Assembly (NCBI RefSeq): GCF_009914755.1
Contig: NC_060929.1
Origin: the human T2T-CHM13v2.0 reference genome, Homo sapiens
DNA length: 64,000 nt
Reading direction: 5' to 3' (one strand)
Of the stretch, positions 1-24,772 are shown in pieces. The first letter of the stretch is position 1; each line of letters begins with the position of its first letter. The position numbers and the translations under genes are program-made. The notes under the pieces are model-generated. The model was not told where the DNA came from and searched no databases. It worked only from the letters and a program-made list of their open reading frames with translations.

Positions 1-220
1 AAACAAAAACCCTCAACCTAAAAAAAAATTTCCTTTTAAAGGCAGCCTCATTAGGCATCACAGAAGTGCAGGCCATTACCATCCCTGAAGGTCAAGAGCA
101 TCTCAAGTTTGGGGACCCTGGCTGAGGTACCATTACATGACACAGATTCACAAATGACAGTCACAGTGGGGTGGGAGAGCCTAACTGTGCATTTTACCCA
201 TCCCAATCACATTTCCACAA

Positions 221-221
<1 letters not shown>

Positions 222-265
<44 letters not shown>
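222..265. repeat. (CA)~22 microsatellite
   Basis: Perfect CA dinucleotide run seen directly. Confidence 0.97.
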
Positions 266-269
<4 letters not shown>

Positions 270-634
270 TTATAGCCTGGAGGAGTAGAAGAGATGGAGC
301 CTAACATATTACCTACAACCCTAGCCAGAAGACAGCTGTGAAAACTTCCGAAAGAAAACACTCCTTTGAAGAACTGCAGAAACAACACAGGGGCCAGGAA
401 ACAGAGCAAGTGAAAAAAGATTAAAGGAATGAGGATCATCATTTAGCACTGAAAAGGGGCAGTAAAAGAAGTGAGCAGAGCCTTAATAATGATTTTTGAG
501 CCCAAAGTTGGTTGAGAGAGCCACTCTACCAAAAAGCTGTTCTACCAAAAAACTACCTTCTGGTAACTACTAGAACCTTCAAATCCCTGTCTTGCTGGTG
601 TATAGCTGAAATTCTTGCATAAAAAAGGGAGCGA

Positions 635-918
635 GGCCAGGTGTCGTGGCTCATGCCTATAATCCCAGCAGTTTGGGAGGCCGAGGCAGGCAGACCACCT
701 GAGGTTAGGAGTTGGAGACCAGCCTAACATGGTGAAAACCCGTCTCAAAATGCAAAAATTAGCTGGGTGTGGTGGCACACACCTGTAGTCCCAGCTACTC
801 AGGAGGCTGAGACAGGAGAATTGCTTGAACCTGGGAGGTGGAGGTTGCGGTGAGCCAAGATCATGCCACAGCACTCCAGCCTGGGAAACAGAGCAAGACT
901 CCATCACAAATAAAAAAG
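635..918 (+). mobile_element. AluS element
   Basis: GGCCAGGTG..GGCTCATGCCTATAATCCCAGC start, dimeric body, short A tail, TAAAAAAGGG-like target duplication. Confidence 0.93.
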
Positions 919-1011
919 GGTGGGGGTAGCAAGAGTTTCACTAAAAGGGGACTTCTACATAAGTTTAAACATAAAGACTATTCCAGAAGGATAGGGGATA
1001 GTCAGTAACTA

Positions 1012-1395
<384 letters not shown>

Positions 1396-1812
1396 CTAAC
1401 AAGCAGGCTGTCCAATATCCTTCATTTGAGAGCCGTATAGTGAAGAGTAGACAACATCTAAGTCAGGTTAAAGGTAACCATGTGCTTTGAGAAAAGGAAA
1501 AGGAGAAGCCAGCTTCAGGTGGGAAAAAGGAGCCCTAGACATGAGTAGAGACCAGTATCTGCAGGGCTACAGTTCTCAACACACAAAGAATTGTTTTTGG
1601 GAAAGCTAATGAACATCTGTCGGCTAACCCTGTTCTAGACACTCTCTCTTTCTCATATCCATCCCTGGGATTTTATTATCTTAAGAACCAGGTCTTTGAG
1701 CACCAATAACATTTAGGACTCAAACGTTTTCAAAAGTGACCAGAGTCCCACATCTTCCTTACTCCCAGGAGCTTGGAGCACTTCCCTAGAAAAGCAAAGA
1801 ATTAGAATTGCT

Positions 1813-2122
<310 letters not shown>

Positions 2123-2769
2123 TTACCAGGTGGGCACACCAGCACTGAGCAGTCCCCCTACAGTCTCTACAGCTCCCAAACATACAGGCCCTACGAAAGG
2201 AGAACAGTTACACTGGCCAATATTTGCCATGAAAAACCAGGCCACTACCAGAAAGAGAAGCACTATCCCCTCTGACCTCTCCATGTCTCACCCTGCCACC
2301 CACTCACATTCTGTGAATTTGTTTCTATCTGGCCATTGTCAATTCCTGTCTAATGACCTTATCTAAGAACTTAGGGAGTACTACAAAAAATGTCAGTAAA
2401 AAATCAGAGTGAGATAAATTTGCTATTCCTGGTGAGCTTTTGTGTTTGTTTTATTCCAAACCAATTCACTAAAGCTTGCTTCCTTATGACAGAAATCCTA
2501 AAAATCAATGCTCAAAGCCTAGCAACCACAAACTCCCCCTTCCAGTAACAAAATGCTAGGAAGAAAGAGAGCCACATAAAACGAAGGAAGGGGAAAATGG
2601 CCTCTCCACAGACTGTTCCAATTAATGGGAGTGGAGGAGCACAATAGTTAATGAATAAGAAAGAAAATCATCTTGATTACATTTATTTAAGGAACAAAGC
2701 AGTAGGAATGTGAATGTGAACACCTGTGTACCCAGGTTCAGCGTAATAAAAGAACACATTCTCATTCAC

Positions 2770-3300
2770 AGCTCATTCATTCAACAAATGTTGTTTGATC
2801 ATCTACTATATGCCAGGTACCTTTCCTAGGACTGGGAATACAGCTGTGAATGTGACAAACAGATCTCGTCCCTACTCTCATGAAACTTACGTTCTAGTGG
2901 AGGGAAAACAGAGTCAACAAGAAGCAGAAAAGCAAGAAAAATATCAAGTGGTTAAGTTATGGTGACTTAAGTAGTCACTTTATACCAGATAAAAGGAAGA
3001 GCCTTTCTTGTAAATAACAGCAGAACTGAGCTGAGAATGACAAAGAGCTCATCCAATGAAGACGAGAGAAAAATATTCTAGGCAGAGGGTACAGGTGGAG
3101 CAAAGGCCCTCTGTTTAAGAAGCAGAAAGTAAGTTACTGTGTCCAGAACACAGAAGGCAAGCAGAAGGGAGTAGGGGAGGTTAGGAGATAAAGCTGCCAA
3201 GGAAGGCAGGCAGGGATCGGAATATGAAAGGCCTTATAACCAGGCTAAGGAGTTTGGAGTTGATTCTAAGTATGATGGTGAGCCCAAAGGGCGTCAGGCA
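2770..3300 (-). mobile_element. L2 (LINE-2) 3' fragment
   Basis: CATTCATTCAACAAAT..TATGCCAGG..CTGGGAATACAG pattern typical of the L2 3' end read in reverse. Confidence 0.7.
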
Positions 3301-3399
3301 GCAAGGTGACGTGCTCCTTAAGAAATTGAGGGAAACTGATAACTGATTCCAAGATGGAAACTGACTTTTCAGAAAAGTTATCTAACCACAGAAATTTAA

Positions 3400-3745
<346 letters not shown>

Positions 3746-3821
3746 CTGCTTCACTATTTTTTAATTTATCAGTTATTAAATATGCACTAAGTGAAGGGCA
3801 CTGTACTAAATGTATTAAATA

Positions 3822-3880
3822 TTGGGTTGGTGCAAAAGTAATTGTGGTTTTTGCCATTTAAAATTGCAATTATTTCATCC
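3822..3880. mobile_element. MADE1 (Hsmar1 MITE) fragment
   Basis: TTGGGTTGGTGCAAAAGTAATTGTGGTTTTTGCCATT matches the recalled MADE1 terminal inverted repeat. Confidence 0.8.
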
Positions 3881-3913
3881 TCATCCAGCACTGTAAGTAG
3901 ATATTATCATCTC

Positions 3914-4229
<316 letters not shown>

Positions 4230-4849
4230 TTACAGATAAAGTAACCAAAGTTCAGACAGGAGGGGAAATGACTTGCCAAAGGCCACGCAACATGTACATG
4301 GCACAAAGCCAGGAAGGGACTCCAAGTCTCTCTGACTCAAAAGAGCCAGTGCACCAGCTACTTTCTCTAATGACTCCATCCCTTCCCTCACAAGAGGGAA
4401 GAGAAAAAACAGTTCTTTCTGGTTACTACTCAAAGCTTCTGCCCATTGCCTTCTCTCTACTTGAAGGAGCCGCTCACCTTCCCCAGTAAGGGACACAGAT
4501 TGAGGCCTGACTCCAAATACCTTCTCCAAGAACCTTCCCTAACAAGGCAAACCCAACCCCACTGTCCCCATGTCGTTAGTCAGCCTCTCTCAGCCCCTAG
4601 GGTCGGGCCCATGGGTTCTGTCCCTAATGAAACTTGAGCTCTTTAAAGGCATTACAATCTTCACCATTCATTGAGCACCTACCATGTGCCAAGCACATGA
4701 CCTCCATTATTTCATTTCATCCTAACTGCCCTAGGAGGTGGGTATCAGTACACACTTATTCAGATGAAGAAACTAAGTCACAGAAGTAATAAGAACAAAG
4801 TCCAAAAGCTAGTAAGGAAGAGGTGGGAAGATGGTAGAGTAGAAAGCAA

Positions 4850-6231
<1,382 letters not shown>

Positions 6232-6296
6232 GCACAGAAATCTGTCTCCCTAACTAGACAACAACTGCACTGACAGAATTTGTCTGATATAAATCA

Positions 6297-8349
<2,053 letters not shown>

Positions 8350-8769
8350 ATTTTGGAACTCTGGAAACAACTGAAGCCTTGCAACTTCCAGGGAAAGGCC
8401 TTGATGGCAAATTGCAGTTAATGTCTATCAATTTCAACTCTTAGCAGAGTAGCAGCTACGTTTCCCCCAACTTCACGGCAGGTAGTTGTGTATGTGTTCC
8501 TGGAGCAGCTTGCACACAGCTTGCACAAAAAGAACACTGTCTTCCAAATACTGGGGATCTGTGCTGATTCTGATTGCTGCTTCTGATTACAGAGGTGCAG
8601 ACAAAGTAGTAGCAGAGATTGTTGTTGCTCCTCCCAGCCCGGTTGCAAGCCCCTTTCCCTCAGGCTGAAGTGACTTCCTGGAGATTTAAAGGGCCAATGC
8701 TTTTTTTTTTCCTCCCCTGATCATTTATCTTTTTCACCTTTTGGGAGTCAGACATTAAAGAACATTCAA

Positions 8770-9859
<1,090 letters not shown>

Positions 9860-9888
9860 CAAGTATGGTATATTTAAGAAAAAAAAAA

Positions 9889-11815
9889 GCTCTACTCCCT
9901 CTCCCCTCTCCCTCTCCCCACGGTCTCCCTCTCCCTCTTTCCACGGTCTCCCTCTCCCTCTCTCTCCACAGTCTCCCTCTGATGCCGAGCCGAAGCTGGA
10001 CTGTACTGCTGCCATCTCGGCTCACTGCAGCCTCCCTGCCTGATTCTCCTGCCTCAGCCTGCCAAGTGCCTGCGATTACAGGCGCGTGCTGCCACGCCTG
10101 ACTGGTTTTCGTACTTTTTTGGTGGAGACGGGGTTTCGCTGTGTTGGCCGGGCTGGTCTCCAGCTCCTAACCGCGAGTGATCCGCCAGCCTCGGCCTCCC
10201 GAGGTGCTGGGATTGCAGACGGAGTCTGGTTCACTCAGTGCTCAATGGTGCCCAGGCTGGAGTGCAGTGGCGTGATCTCGGCTCGCTACAACCTCCACCT
10301 CCCAGCAGCCTGCCTTGGCCTCCCAAAGTGCCGAGATTGCAGCTTCTGCCCGGCCGCCACCCCGTCTGGGAAGTGAGGAGCGTCTCTGCTTGGCCGCCCA
10401 TCGTGTGGGACGTGAGGAGCCCCTCTGCCTGGCTGCCCAGTCTGGAAAGTGAGGAGCGTCTCTGCCCGGCCGCCATCCCATCTAGGAAGTGAGGAGTGCC
10501 TCTTCCCAGCCGCCATCCCATCTAGGAAGTGAGGAGCGTCTCTGCCCGGCCGCCCATCGTCTGAGATGTGGGGAGCGCCTCTGCCCCACCACCCCATCTG
10601 GGATGTGAGAAGCACCTCTGCCCGGCCGCGACCCCGTCTGGGAGGTGAGGAGCGTCTCTGCCCGGCCGCCCCCATCTGAGAAGTGAGGAGACCCTCTGCC
10701 TGGCAACCGCCCCATCTGAGAAGTGAGGAGCCCCTCCGCCCAGCAGCCACCCCGTCTGAGAAGTGAGGAGCCCCTCCGCCCGGCAGCCACCCCGTCTGGG
10801 AAGTGAGGAGCGTCTCCGCCCGGCAGCCACCCCGTCCGGAAGGGAGGTGGGGGTCAGCCCTGGCCAGGCCAGCCGCCCCGTCCGGGAGGGAGGTGGGGGG
10901 GTCAGCCCCCCGCCCGGCCAGCCGCCCCGTCCGGGAGGTGAGGGGCGCCTCTGCCCAGCCGCCCCTACTGGGAAGTGAGGAGCCCCTCTGCCCAGCCAGC
11001 CGCCCCGTCCGGGAGGGAGGTGGGGGGGTCAGTCCCCCGCCCGGCCAGCCGCCCCGTCCGGGAGGTGAGGGGCGCCTCTGCCCAGCCGCCCCTACTGGGA
11101 AGTGAGGAGCCCCTCTGCCCGGCCAGCTGCCCCGTCCGGGAGGGAGGTGGGGGGGTCAGCCCCCTGCCCGGCCAGCCGCCCCGTCCGGGAGGTGAGGGGC
11201 GCCTCTGCCCCGCCGCCCCTACTGGGATGTGAGGAGCCCCTCTGCCCGGCCACCACCCCATCTGGGAGGTGTACCCAACAGCTCATTGAGAACGGGCCGG
11301 GATGACAATGGCGGTTTTGTGGAATAGAAAGGGGGGAAAGGTGGGGAAAAGATTGAGAAATCGGATGGTTGCCGTATCTGTGTAGAAAGAAGTAGACATG
11401 GGAGACTTTTCATTTTGTTCTGTACTAAGAAAAATTCTTCTGCCTTGGGATCCTGTTGATGGGTGACCTTACCCCCAACCCTGTGCTCTCTGAAACATGT
11501 GCTGTGTCCACTCAGGGTTAAATGGATTAAGGGTGGTGCAAGATGTGCTTTGTTAAACAGATGCTTGAAGGCAGCGTGCTCGTTAAGAATCATCACCACT
11601 CCCTAATCTCAAGTACCCAGGGACACAAACACTGCGGAAGGCCACAGGGTCCTCTGCCTAGGAAAACCAGAGACCTTTGTTCACTTGTTTATCTGCTGAC
11701 CTTCCCTCCACTATTGTCCTATGACCCTGCCAACTCCCCCTCTGCGAGAAACACCCAAGAATGATCAATAAAAAAAAATAAAAAGAAAAAAAATAAAAAA
11801 GAAAAAAAAAGAAAA
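9889..11815 (+). mobile_element. Full-length SVA retrotransposon (SVA_C/D-like), antisense to the host gene
   Basis: CCCTCT hexamer head, antisense Alu-like domain (~9980-10345), GC-rich VNTR (GGGAAGTGAGGAGC.., ~10350-11265), SINE-R (~11270-11770), AATAAA at 11767, poly-A; A-rich AAGAAAAAAAA target site on both sides. Confidence 0.97.
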
Positions 11816-12385
11816 AAAATAAACCAAAAGAAACTATCCCCGAAAAGACCTAATGGCAGATCTACTAGACAAAGACTTTAAAGCAACAGCCTTAAAGTTG
11901 CTTAAAGAACTAAAGGAAGGCATGGAGAAAAATCAAGAAAACAATGTTTGGAAAAAGATTAAAATATCAATAAAGATACAGACATCTTAAAAAGAAACCA
12001 AAAATTCTAGAGCTGGAAAGTACAATAACTGAAATAAAAAATTCACTAGAGGAATTCAAAGGCAGATTTGAGCAAGCAAAAGAAATAATCTGAGAACACT
12101 TGGAGACTGGACAATGGAAATTATCAAGTCTGAGGAAAAGAAGCACAAAGACTGAAGAGAAGTGAATAGAGACTAAGGGACCTAGGGGACACAATCAAGC
12201 AGACCAACATACACATTGTGAAAGTCCCAGAAAGAAAAGATAAGTAGCAGAGAGAACATTTGAAAATATAATGGTACAAAATTTCCCAAATTTGATGAAA
12301 GACACGAACATAAACATCTGAAAAGCTCAACAAACTCCAAACAGGATGAATACAAAGAGACTCACACCAAGACACATTATAATCA

Positions 12386-13061
<676 letters not shown>

Positions 13062-13340
13062 AACACCACATTTTGTTTTTACATAATTTAAGAGACTAAT
13101 GCATTAAAAAAATAGATATAGGTTATGTTTTTAGACACACAACGTGTAAGATGCAATATCATGACATCAACAACTGAAAGGGGTGAGAAATGGAGCTGTT
13201 GAAGAAGCCGAGTTTTCTATGCTATTGAAGTTAAGCTATTATAAATTCAAATTACAGTGTTATAACTTCAGGATGTTAAATGTAATGCCCATGGCAACCA
13301 CACAGAAAATAGCTAAAGAATATACACCAAAAAAAATGAG

Positions 13341-16230
<2,890 letters not shown>

Positions 16231-16234
16231 ACTC

Positions 16235-16899
16235 TTTGCCACTTCATAAGAAGGTGGCCTTTCCTTCAGTTTCCAATAACATGTTCCTAATTTCCATCTG
16301 AGGCACCATTAGAAGGGCCTTTACCATCCAGATTTCTATCTACATTCTGATCAAGACCACTTAGATAATCTCTAAGAAAACGGAGGCTTTCTCTACAGCT
16401 CTCTTCTGAACCTTCGTCGGAATTACCCTTAAGGCTCCTTTCATGGCAATGCACCTCAAAACTCCTCTAGCCTTCTACCCATTACCCAGTTCCAAAGCTG
16501 CTTCCACATTTTAGGTATCTGTTATAGCAACACCCTACTTCTCAGAACCAATTTCTATCTTAGTCCACTCAGGCTGCTATAAAATAAAAATATTTTAGAC
16601 TGGATAATTTATATATAACAGAAATTTATTGCTAACAATTCTAAAGGCTTGGAAGTCCAAGAACAAGATGCCAACAGATTCAACGTCAGGTGAGGGATCT
16701 CTGCTTCATAGATGGCACCTTCTTACTGGGTCCTCACATGCAGAAGAGGCAAGGAAGCTCCTCGGGCCTCTTTTATAAGGGCACTAATCCTATTCATGAG
16801 GGTGGAGCCCTCATGACCTAATCACCTCCCAGAGGAACCACCTCGAGGGTTAGGTTTCAACATATGAATTTGGAGGGGACACACATTCAGACCATGGCA
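16235..16899 (-). mobile_element. MLT1A/MST-type ERVL-MaLR internal fragment (16235-16555) plus LTR (16556-16899)
   Basis: CCAGTTCCAAAGCTGCTTCCACATTTTAGGTAT..; TTAGTCCACTCAGGCTGCTAT..ACATTCAGACCATGGCA. Confidence 0.8.
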
Positions 16900-16994
16900 C
16901 TATCATTATTCCCTATTTAGAGCTGAGAAAATTAATGGGCAGGAAAGCAAAGTAAATAGTCCAAGGTCACATAGCTTCCAAGTGGAGAAGCTGA

Positions 16995-17610
<616 letters not shown>

Positions 17611-19847
17611 GAGAAGCTGAGATTCTAACTAAAGTCAGCCCCAGTCCAAGGGCCAAGCTCCTAACCACTATGCAGCATGGCCTTCCAGATGAATAAGTGA
17701 AAGGAGTAGTGGGCAAGGCCACAGTATCACTAAAGAGTCTGGTCTAGGGTCTATACCCGCCCACCATGCACTTAACACTTGGTCTGGCAGCACGTAACTC
17801 TGACCCAGTTTTCTTTATACCACAGGCAACTCCTAAACCTCAGTTTTCCTGGACACACAGTGGGAGGAACAACTCCAGCCCATTTCTGGCCCTCCAGACA
17901 TTGGTTGCTGCCAAGAGAGAACATGTGCACATCTACATCAACCAGAACTGAATGTTACACAAACCACAGGTGCTGGCTTTGCTAACTTGGCACATCACAT
18001 CTCTGGGAGTTGCCAGTGTCAGTGGCTTAAGTGGTCTAAGGTGAAGGGGGTAGCCCTTACCCAGTAGTGACAGCCAAGAGAGGGATGGTGACACAGCAGG
18101 TTACAAAGGACTCTGTAGCTGTCAGCCGTTAACATGTGACAAGCCTGAAACCTCCAGGCCTTTTTCTGTGCAGATGGAAAGATGCCAAGTGCTGGCACCC
18201 TGGGCCACCATGTCTGCTGAGTGGCCAGGTGCCCCAACAACACACTGACTACTGGCACTGAGAGAGCACATGAATCAGGAGGAACAAGGCCACACTAAAG
18301 GAGATTAGTCTCAAGATTGCCATTTAGCTGACTGAAGGAAAACAACCTATTACAGTAATGTTCCTTTTCTGATCTTCATTTTCACTCCCTCAACAAAATC
18401 CATCCAGTGTCCAAAAGGGTGCTGCTCATTTGCAAATCCAAAACCACCAAAACCACCACCAACTCTCCAAAGGCTTCCCCTGTTCTCCAGGTAAATATGA
18501 AATGCCATGCCACAGCTGACAAGGCCTGCCCTCACCAACCCCTCCAACCTCAGCTGGCTCCTCTCACTCTCTGTGCTCCAACCATACTTTCAGTTCCTCA
18601 TAAAACTCCCCACCCACTGCCTGCTTCCAGAGCCTTTGCAAATCCAGGCCCTCAGCCTGAAATTTTCCTCAACGTCCTGTCACTCTGCTTGGTAAATACT
18701 TGTTTGGTCTTCACAATATTTACTCGAACATCACTTCCTCAAAGAAGCCTTCTATGATACCCTCTTAGCCCTAGGACCAAGTCAAATCCCTCTCAGATGT
18801 TCTTAACTCTTTCTTTCAATACACTTATTCCAAGTGTAATTTTACTAACTTTGACATATTCATCAGTACACTCTAAGCTGGAACCCTATCTGACACTGTA
18901 TCTCAGGGCCTAACAGTCTCTGGAATGTAACAGATGTTTTATATACATTTGTTGACTGAAAAAATAAAATTTCAGAGAGAAGGAAAACGAAGCTGTATCC
19001 AAATCAAAGAGTTCTACTTAGAGCTGTTCTCCTCCCTACATGACCTTAAGCCAAACAATTCTCTCCCCTTCCCCCTTTCTCTCCCAAATTTCTTACAGAA
19101 GTTACTTTCTGTCCTGACATTCTTTAAGCTGGTGGTAGCCATAGTGATAAGCTGGCCTACAGCCAGAAACAGTCTAAAAAGATATCACCTTGTCTGAGTG
19201 CTCCAGGCTTCCAAAATAAAAGTTCCCAGCACAGGCCCAGGCAGGCACAAACACAAAAGCCTTTCCCCAGTAAAGACACTGAACCAAACAACCAGGACCC
19301 CCTGAAAGAAATGAGTAATCCCCAGGGCAGACAGTGCCCCCCGAGTGACCCACCCAAAGAAAGAAGGGAGGGGAGGCAAGGCTACAGGGGCAGAAGCAGG
19401 CATTCTGTGCCCTGATGAGATTTTAAACCCTCTTTTACTCCTTGGATGAAGCAGAGATGTGCCCAAACACTAAATATCAAAGTCGCTCCTGATGAGGCAG
19501 CTTCAGAGGAGGTCCACAGATTGTGGCTCAGAAAAGCAATATCAGCAACTAAAGAAGTTCACATAAAGCTCTAATTAAGGCCATTTTCCCTCTACAGAAG
19601 CAGGAGGATCTTCTCCTTACCCTTCTCTTATGTAGGGTAGGCAGGTAGGGGGTGGCAGGAAGGGAGGCAGAAGTATTTTTTGAGCACCACTTAGTGCCAG
19701 GCATAGTGACAGGTACTTTATAGACAGGGCTATTAATAAAAAACAAATGGGAAATGAATAAGCACATACACAGATAGGTAGCTGATGCTCAGCGAGGTTA
19801 AGCAACTTGTCCAACTATTGAATGGTAAGGTCAAGGGTCACACCCAC

Positions 19848-20485
<638 letters not shown>

Positions 20486-23400
20486 CCAGCTTTGCCTGAA
20501 TCAGACTTTTTTCTCCTACCCCAATGCTGCCTTTGTGGGTCATCTATTAGCCCCACTCTGCTCCTCACCCCTTTACCACCACCTTCCTAACCAGAATTGG
20601 GAATGTAGCTCCTGGTAAGCTCTCTGGCAAAGAAAAGTCTGTCTTCCATGAGCACAACCCACCACAATTGATACATACAAAACTGAGATGCACCACCACT
20701 TCCTAGGTTTGGAGCACAGTTTGTTGTAGGGAGCAAAATTCATCATCTGCAACTATGGGCATGAGGCTGGATTTTCTGAAAACCCAAAATGAGACCACAG
20801 TGATGAAGTCTCTGCATTTCCCAGAACCCACAGCTCTGGGCACTAGTATGGTATTCCTGCAGTGTAGCATGCCTTAAACCAAAGGATGGTGTGCTCCATC
20901 ACACCATCAGAAAGACAGTACCTGCAGGGTAGACAATCCCAGCTGAAGTCTCCATAGCTCCTCTAGCTAGGCAGAGAGGGTAGCAACTCCATACCTGAGT
21001 CACCTGCCTCTACACAGCATCTTCTGCAAGGTTAAGCAGCCATTCATTGTGCTGTAGTTCAAGGTTAACCCTTCCCCCTGCACTCATTTCAGGATCTGCC
21101 TCTTATCAAAACCTATGCCAGCTGATTATTATAATGATAACTATTATGCCATTATAATAACATTATTGTGCTTTTTTTCTGCACTTGACATCTGTTGGCT
21201 GATAGGTTTAAACAGTACATAAGCAATAATTATGCAGTGCTCTCTCCTTTCCAACCAAGCCTCTAGTGTGACTCTTAATGTTACATCCAACTGCAATAAA
21301 TGCCCAGCCCGAGCAGCAGTGGGAAACATGGCTCATCTGGGTTCACCCACCATGCCTCTAGTCACAGTGCCAGAAACAGAGGCTCAACTAGGTCCCTAAT
21401 TGTTAACATGCTCCCCTGCTCTCCCAGGGATTTGGGGGAAATACTACCCAGCAAGCAATTTATTGTTGAAAACCCCCGCAGGGCTGGAGGAGTTATATAC
21501 AAGTCTCAGTACTGCAGAGGGACAAGCAGTACCAAATCACAACAGCACACACCATCACAAGAGAAGAAGCACAGGAAAATGCATTCCTCCACTGGGAGTT
21601 CTCAAACAAATGATTTCCAGAGAGTCATTCTGCCTGGTTCCCCACACACAGTTCTTGGCAATTGCTGGTAAAATTGGCAGAAGGGAGAGGAGGGGTAGGA
21701 CTATCTCCAGGCTTCTATTTTGAAGTTGAGAAATCACTAAACTGGCTGCTCAGCCTTCTTTATAGGACCCGCCAGAGTCCAGGATAGAGTCTGGAGGCCA
21801 AAGCAGAGAAGTCCCACCTCCTGTCAGCCAAAGCCCTTGCATCTACCTTTCACACTGTTGATGACAATCAAGGTAGAAAAAAGATGTGAGATTCTTTAAC
21901 TGCAGACTATCAATATGCCTGAATTACACATTAGCCCTATTAAAGTAAAGGCAACCCATAGCAAGGCTTCACTAAAAAATGATGTTAAAACAAACCTCGC
22001 CAGGGGACCAGGGCTGGCCTGTTTTGTTTTCTACACTGTAATACACAGTTTTTGTTTTTTTGGTTTTTTTTAAGGCAGAGAAGGGGGTGGAAGGTTATTT
22101 GAATTTAAACGAGCAGTAAACACTATAATCTGTGTGCAAGGAGAAAAGGAACATTCAGAAGTGCCAAGTGCAGCCTCTTGGGACATGTGTGGCCAGGGCA
22201 GTAGTAGCCCGGGGGGCTTTCTCCTTCAGCCTCAACACGCTGCTCTCATTGCTTGGGAGCAGGCAAGCCAGCAGGCAAGGTCCACGCAGCACAAAAAGGC
22301 ACTGTTCCCTAGGTCTAAGGAGAAGATTGCCCTCTCAGAAGGAAATTAATATGACGCAACACGGAATGAGCAGGGCGAGTCATCCACAGAAGTCACCTAT
22401 CTAAGGAGGGGGTTTGAAGAGGTGTTACTCAAGGCATGGACCACATCTGTCTCATTCATCACTGTATTTCCAGGGCTAAGCAGGTCCTGGCACACAATGG
22501 GTACTCAGCAAATAATGGTGGACTGAATGGTAACCAGAAAGAACCCTTAGGTTGGAAGCCACTGACAAGAGCTAGAATCTAACTGTTCCTATTGTAACCT
22601 GTGGTAACAAAAGAGCCGTGGACGGCAAAGAATATATAAAGGGAGCCAAGAGAATAAAAATGAGTCTATCTCCAGTACCTGGTGCCTTAATAGACTGACA
22701 AGTGTATTCTGGTCAGATTACAATATAGCCCTAGAAGGACAAAGTGGGAAGGAGAAAAGGGGAAGAGGGAAGAGTGAGAAACAAGTGAGACAAAACATTT
22801 ATTGAGTGCTTACCATGTATATATCTGAAAAACCCAGGGGGTTTCACAGCTGAGGACACAGGAGCAGGGGGGTTGAGTAGCTCCTCTGAAGTCTCACAGC
22901 TGTTACATGGTTTAAATCTGGGTGTATCTGATGCTATGACCCAAAAGCTTGCCACCATAATTTGCCTTGGTTTCCTCCAGAGGGGAGCTGGCTTCCCAGC
23001 TAATCTCTCCTACAGAGGAGAGATGCTCTTACATGTCCACATAAATCAACTTAGTCGTCATGTTTATTGGAGTTAGTTAACTGGAACTGTGACTTGATGG
23101 TCTCTTATGAATTTCACATGCCTGAGGCAGGCCCCCAGGAACTGAAACCTGGATGAACTAACTAAGTTTACAGGCCTGCAAAGCTGCACACCAGTAAGGT
23201 CCTAAGTCATCAGCTTTCTAGGGCAAACCTCTCTGGCCCGGCACAGGTCAGGTCTGGGTAAGGAAAGAACCTAAGCATGACCTCTACATGCCCCCAAGTT
23301 CTCCTCAGAAATTACAAAGAAGCCTTCCCTACTCCATGCTATGTCAGCCATACACAGAATTCTATTTGAAGGCTTTAAATTCTGATTTAAGTAGGACTAA

Positions 23401-24438
23401 CAGAAGTAAAAAGCCAAGGATTTCTGCATGGTCCTTAGAAGCAAATGAGCCTTCCCTCCATGTCCATGGTGCTCCTGCCTCCCCGGAGTTTCCAGAGACC
23501 TTCCACACCCATGATGTCAGGTGCAGCAGAGTAGAAAGGGCAAGGTGATTTTCCATATTCTATTCAGAAGAGACCAGAGGTGAGAATCAGCCAGTGCTCC
23601 TAATGGAGGTGAATACCCTGGACAAACTCAGAGGCAGCTTAGGTTGTACTAAAAAACATTTTCAAGGTTGTCTGTTTATTGCACCTCCTGTATGAGGGCT
23701 TTCATCAGTTAAAATGGGTTTTTTCAAAGCACAGGGAAGCGGATGATTCACCCAGGTGCACAACAGCTGCTGGGAAGACCTGTGGGAAGAGGCCACCCGG
23801 CAAAGGCAGGCTGTGTATGGTAAGAAGGGTCTCCAAGGAATGCCCTACATGCCAAGCCACATGCTGTCAGGATATTAATCCAAACCCATCTTGCACACTT
23901 TACAATGTTTACTCTCTCTGGGATGTGGAGCATTAAATTATATCCAAGGACTACACAAGTCCTTCCAATTCTATTCCACACTCACTTCTTTGCTAAAAAG
24001 ATTTGTAACCTGGAAACAAAGCCCTCTGCCTAATAGCAGCAATAACTCTCCGCAAAGAATAGGAAGCCAGACTGTCAGTTCAAACTCTCCTAAAAGGTAT
24101 TGCCCCATTGAAGCTTTAGTTTAGGTTTCTCCAAAAAGTGGAGAAACCTACTACTGATCCCCTTTTTCCAGAGAGGACAGGCCTGTGTAACTAAGCATCC
24201 TGAAAGGAGGGTTCAAACCAAAAGAGGAAAGAGGAATCACCACCACTCCATTCCTGCCCTAACTGCAATGGTCCTGGAAATGGTAAAGAATTCCAAAGAG
24301 GACTGCCTCATTGCTACAAGAACTAAGAACAAGGTACATTAATAGGAGACAAAGCTACCTGGATTAGTCACAGCCCTACTCTGGCTAGCAGTATGACCCT
24401 AAATGGGTCATTTAGACTCTCCGAGCCTCAATATTTTA

Positions 24439-24772
<334 letters not shown>

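Noticed and set aside
10350-11265. Regularly spaced repeats superficially like a CRISPR array
   Set aside because: SVA VNTR in a primate genome; units are tandem with no unique spacers
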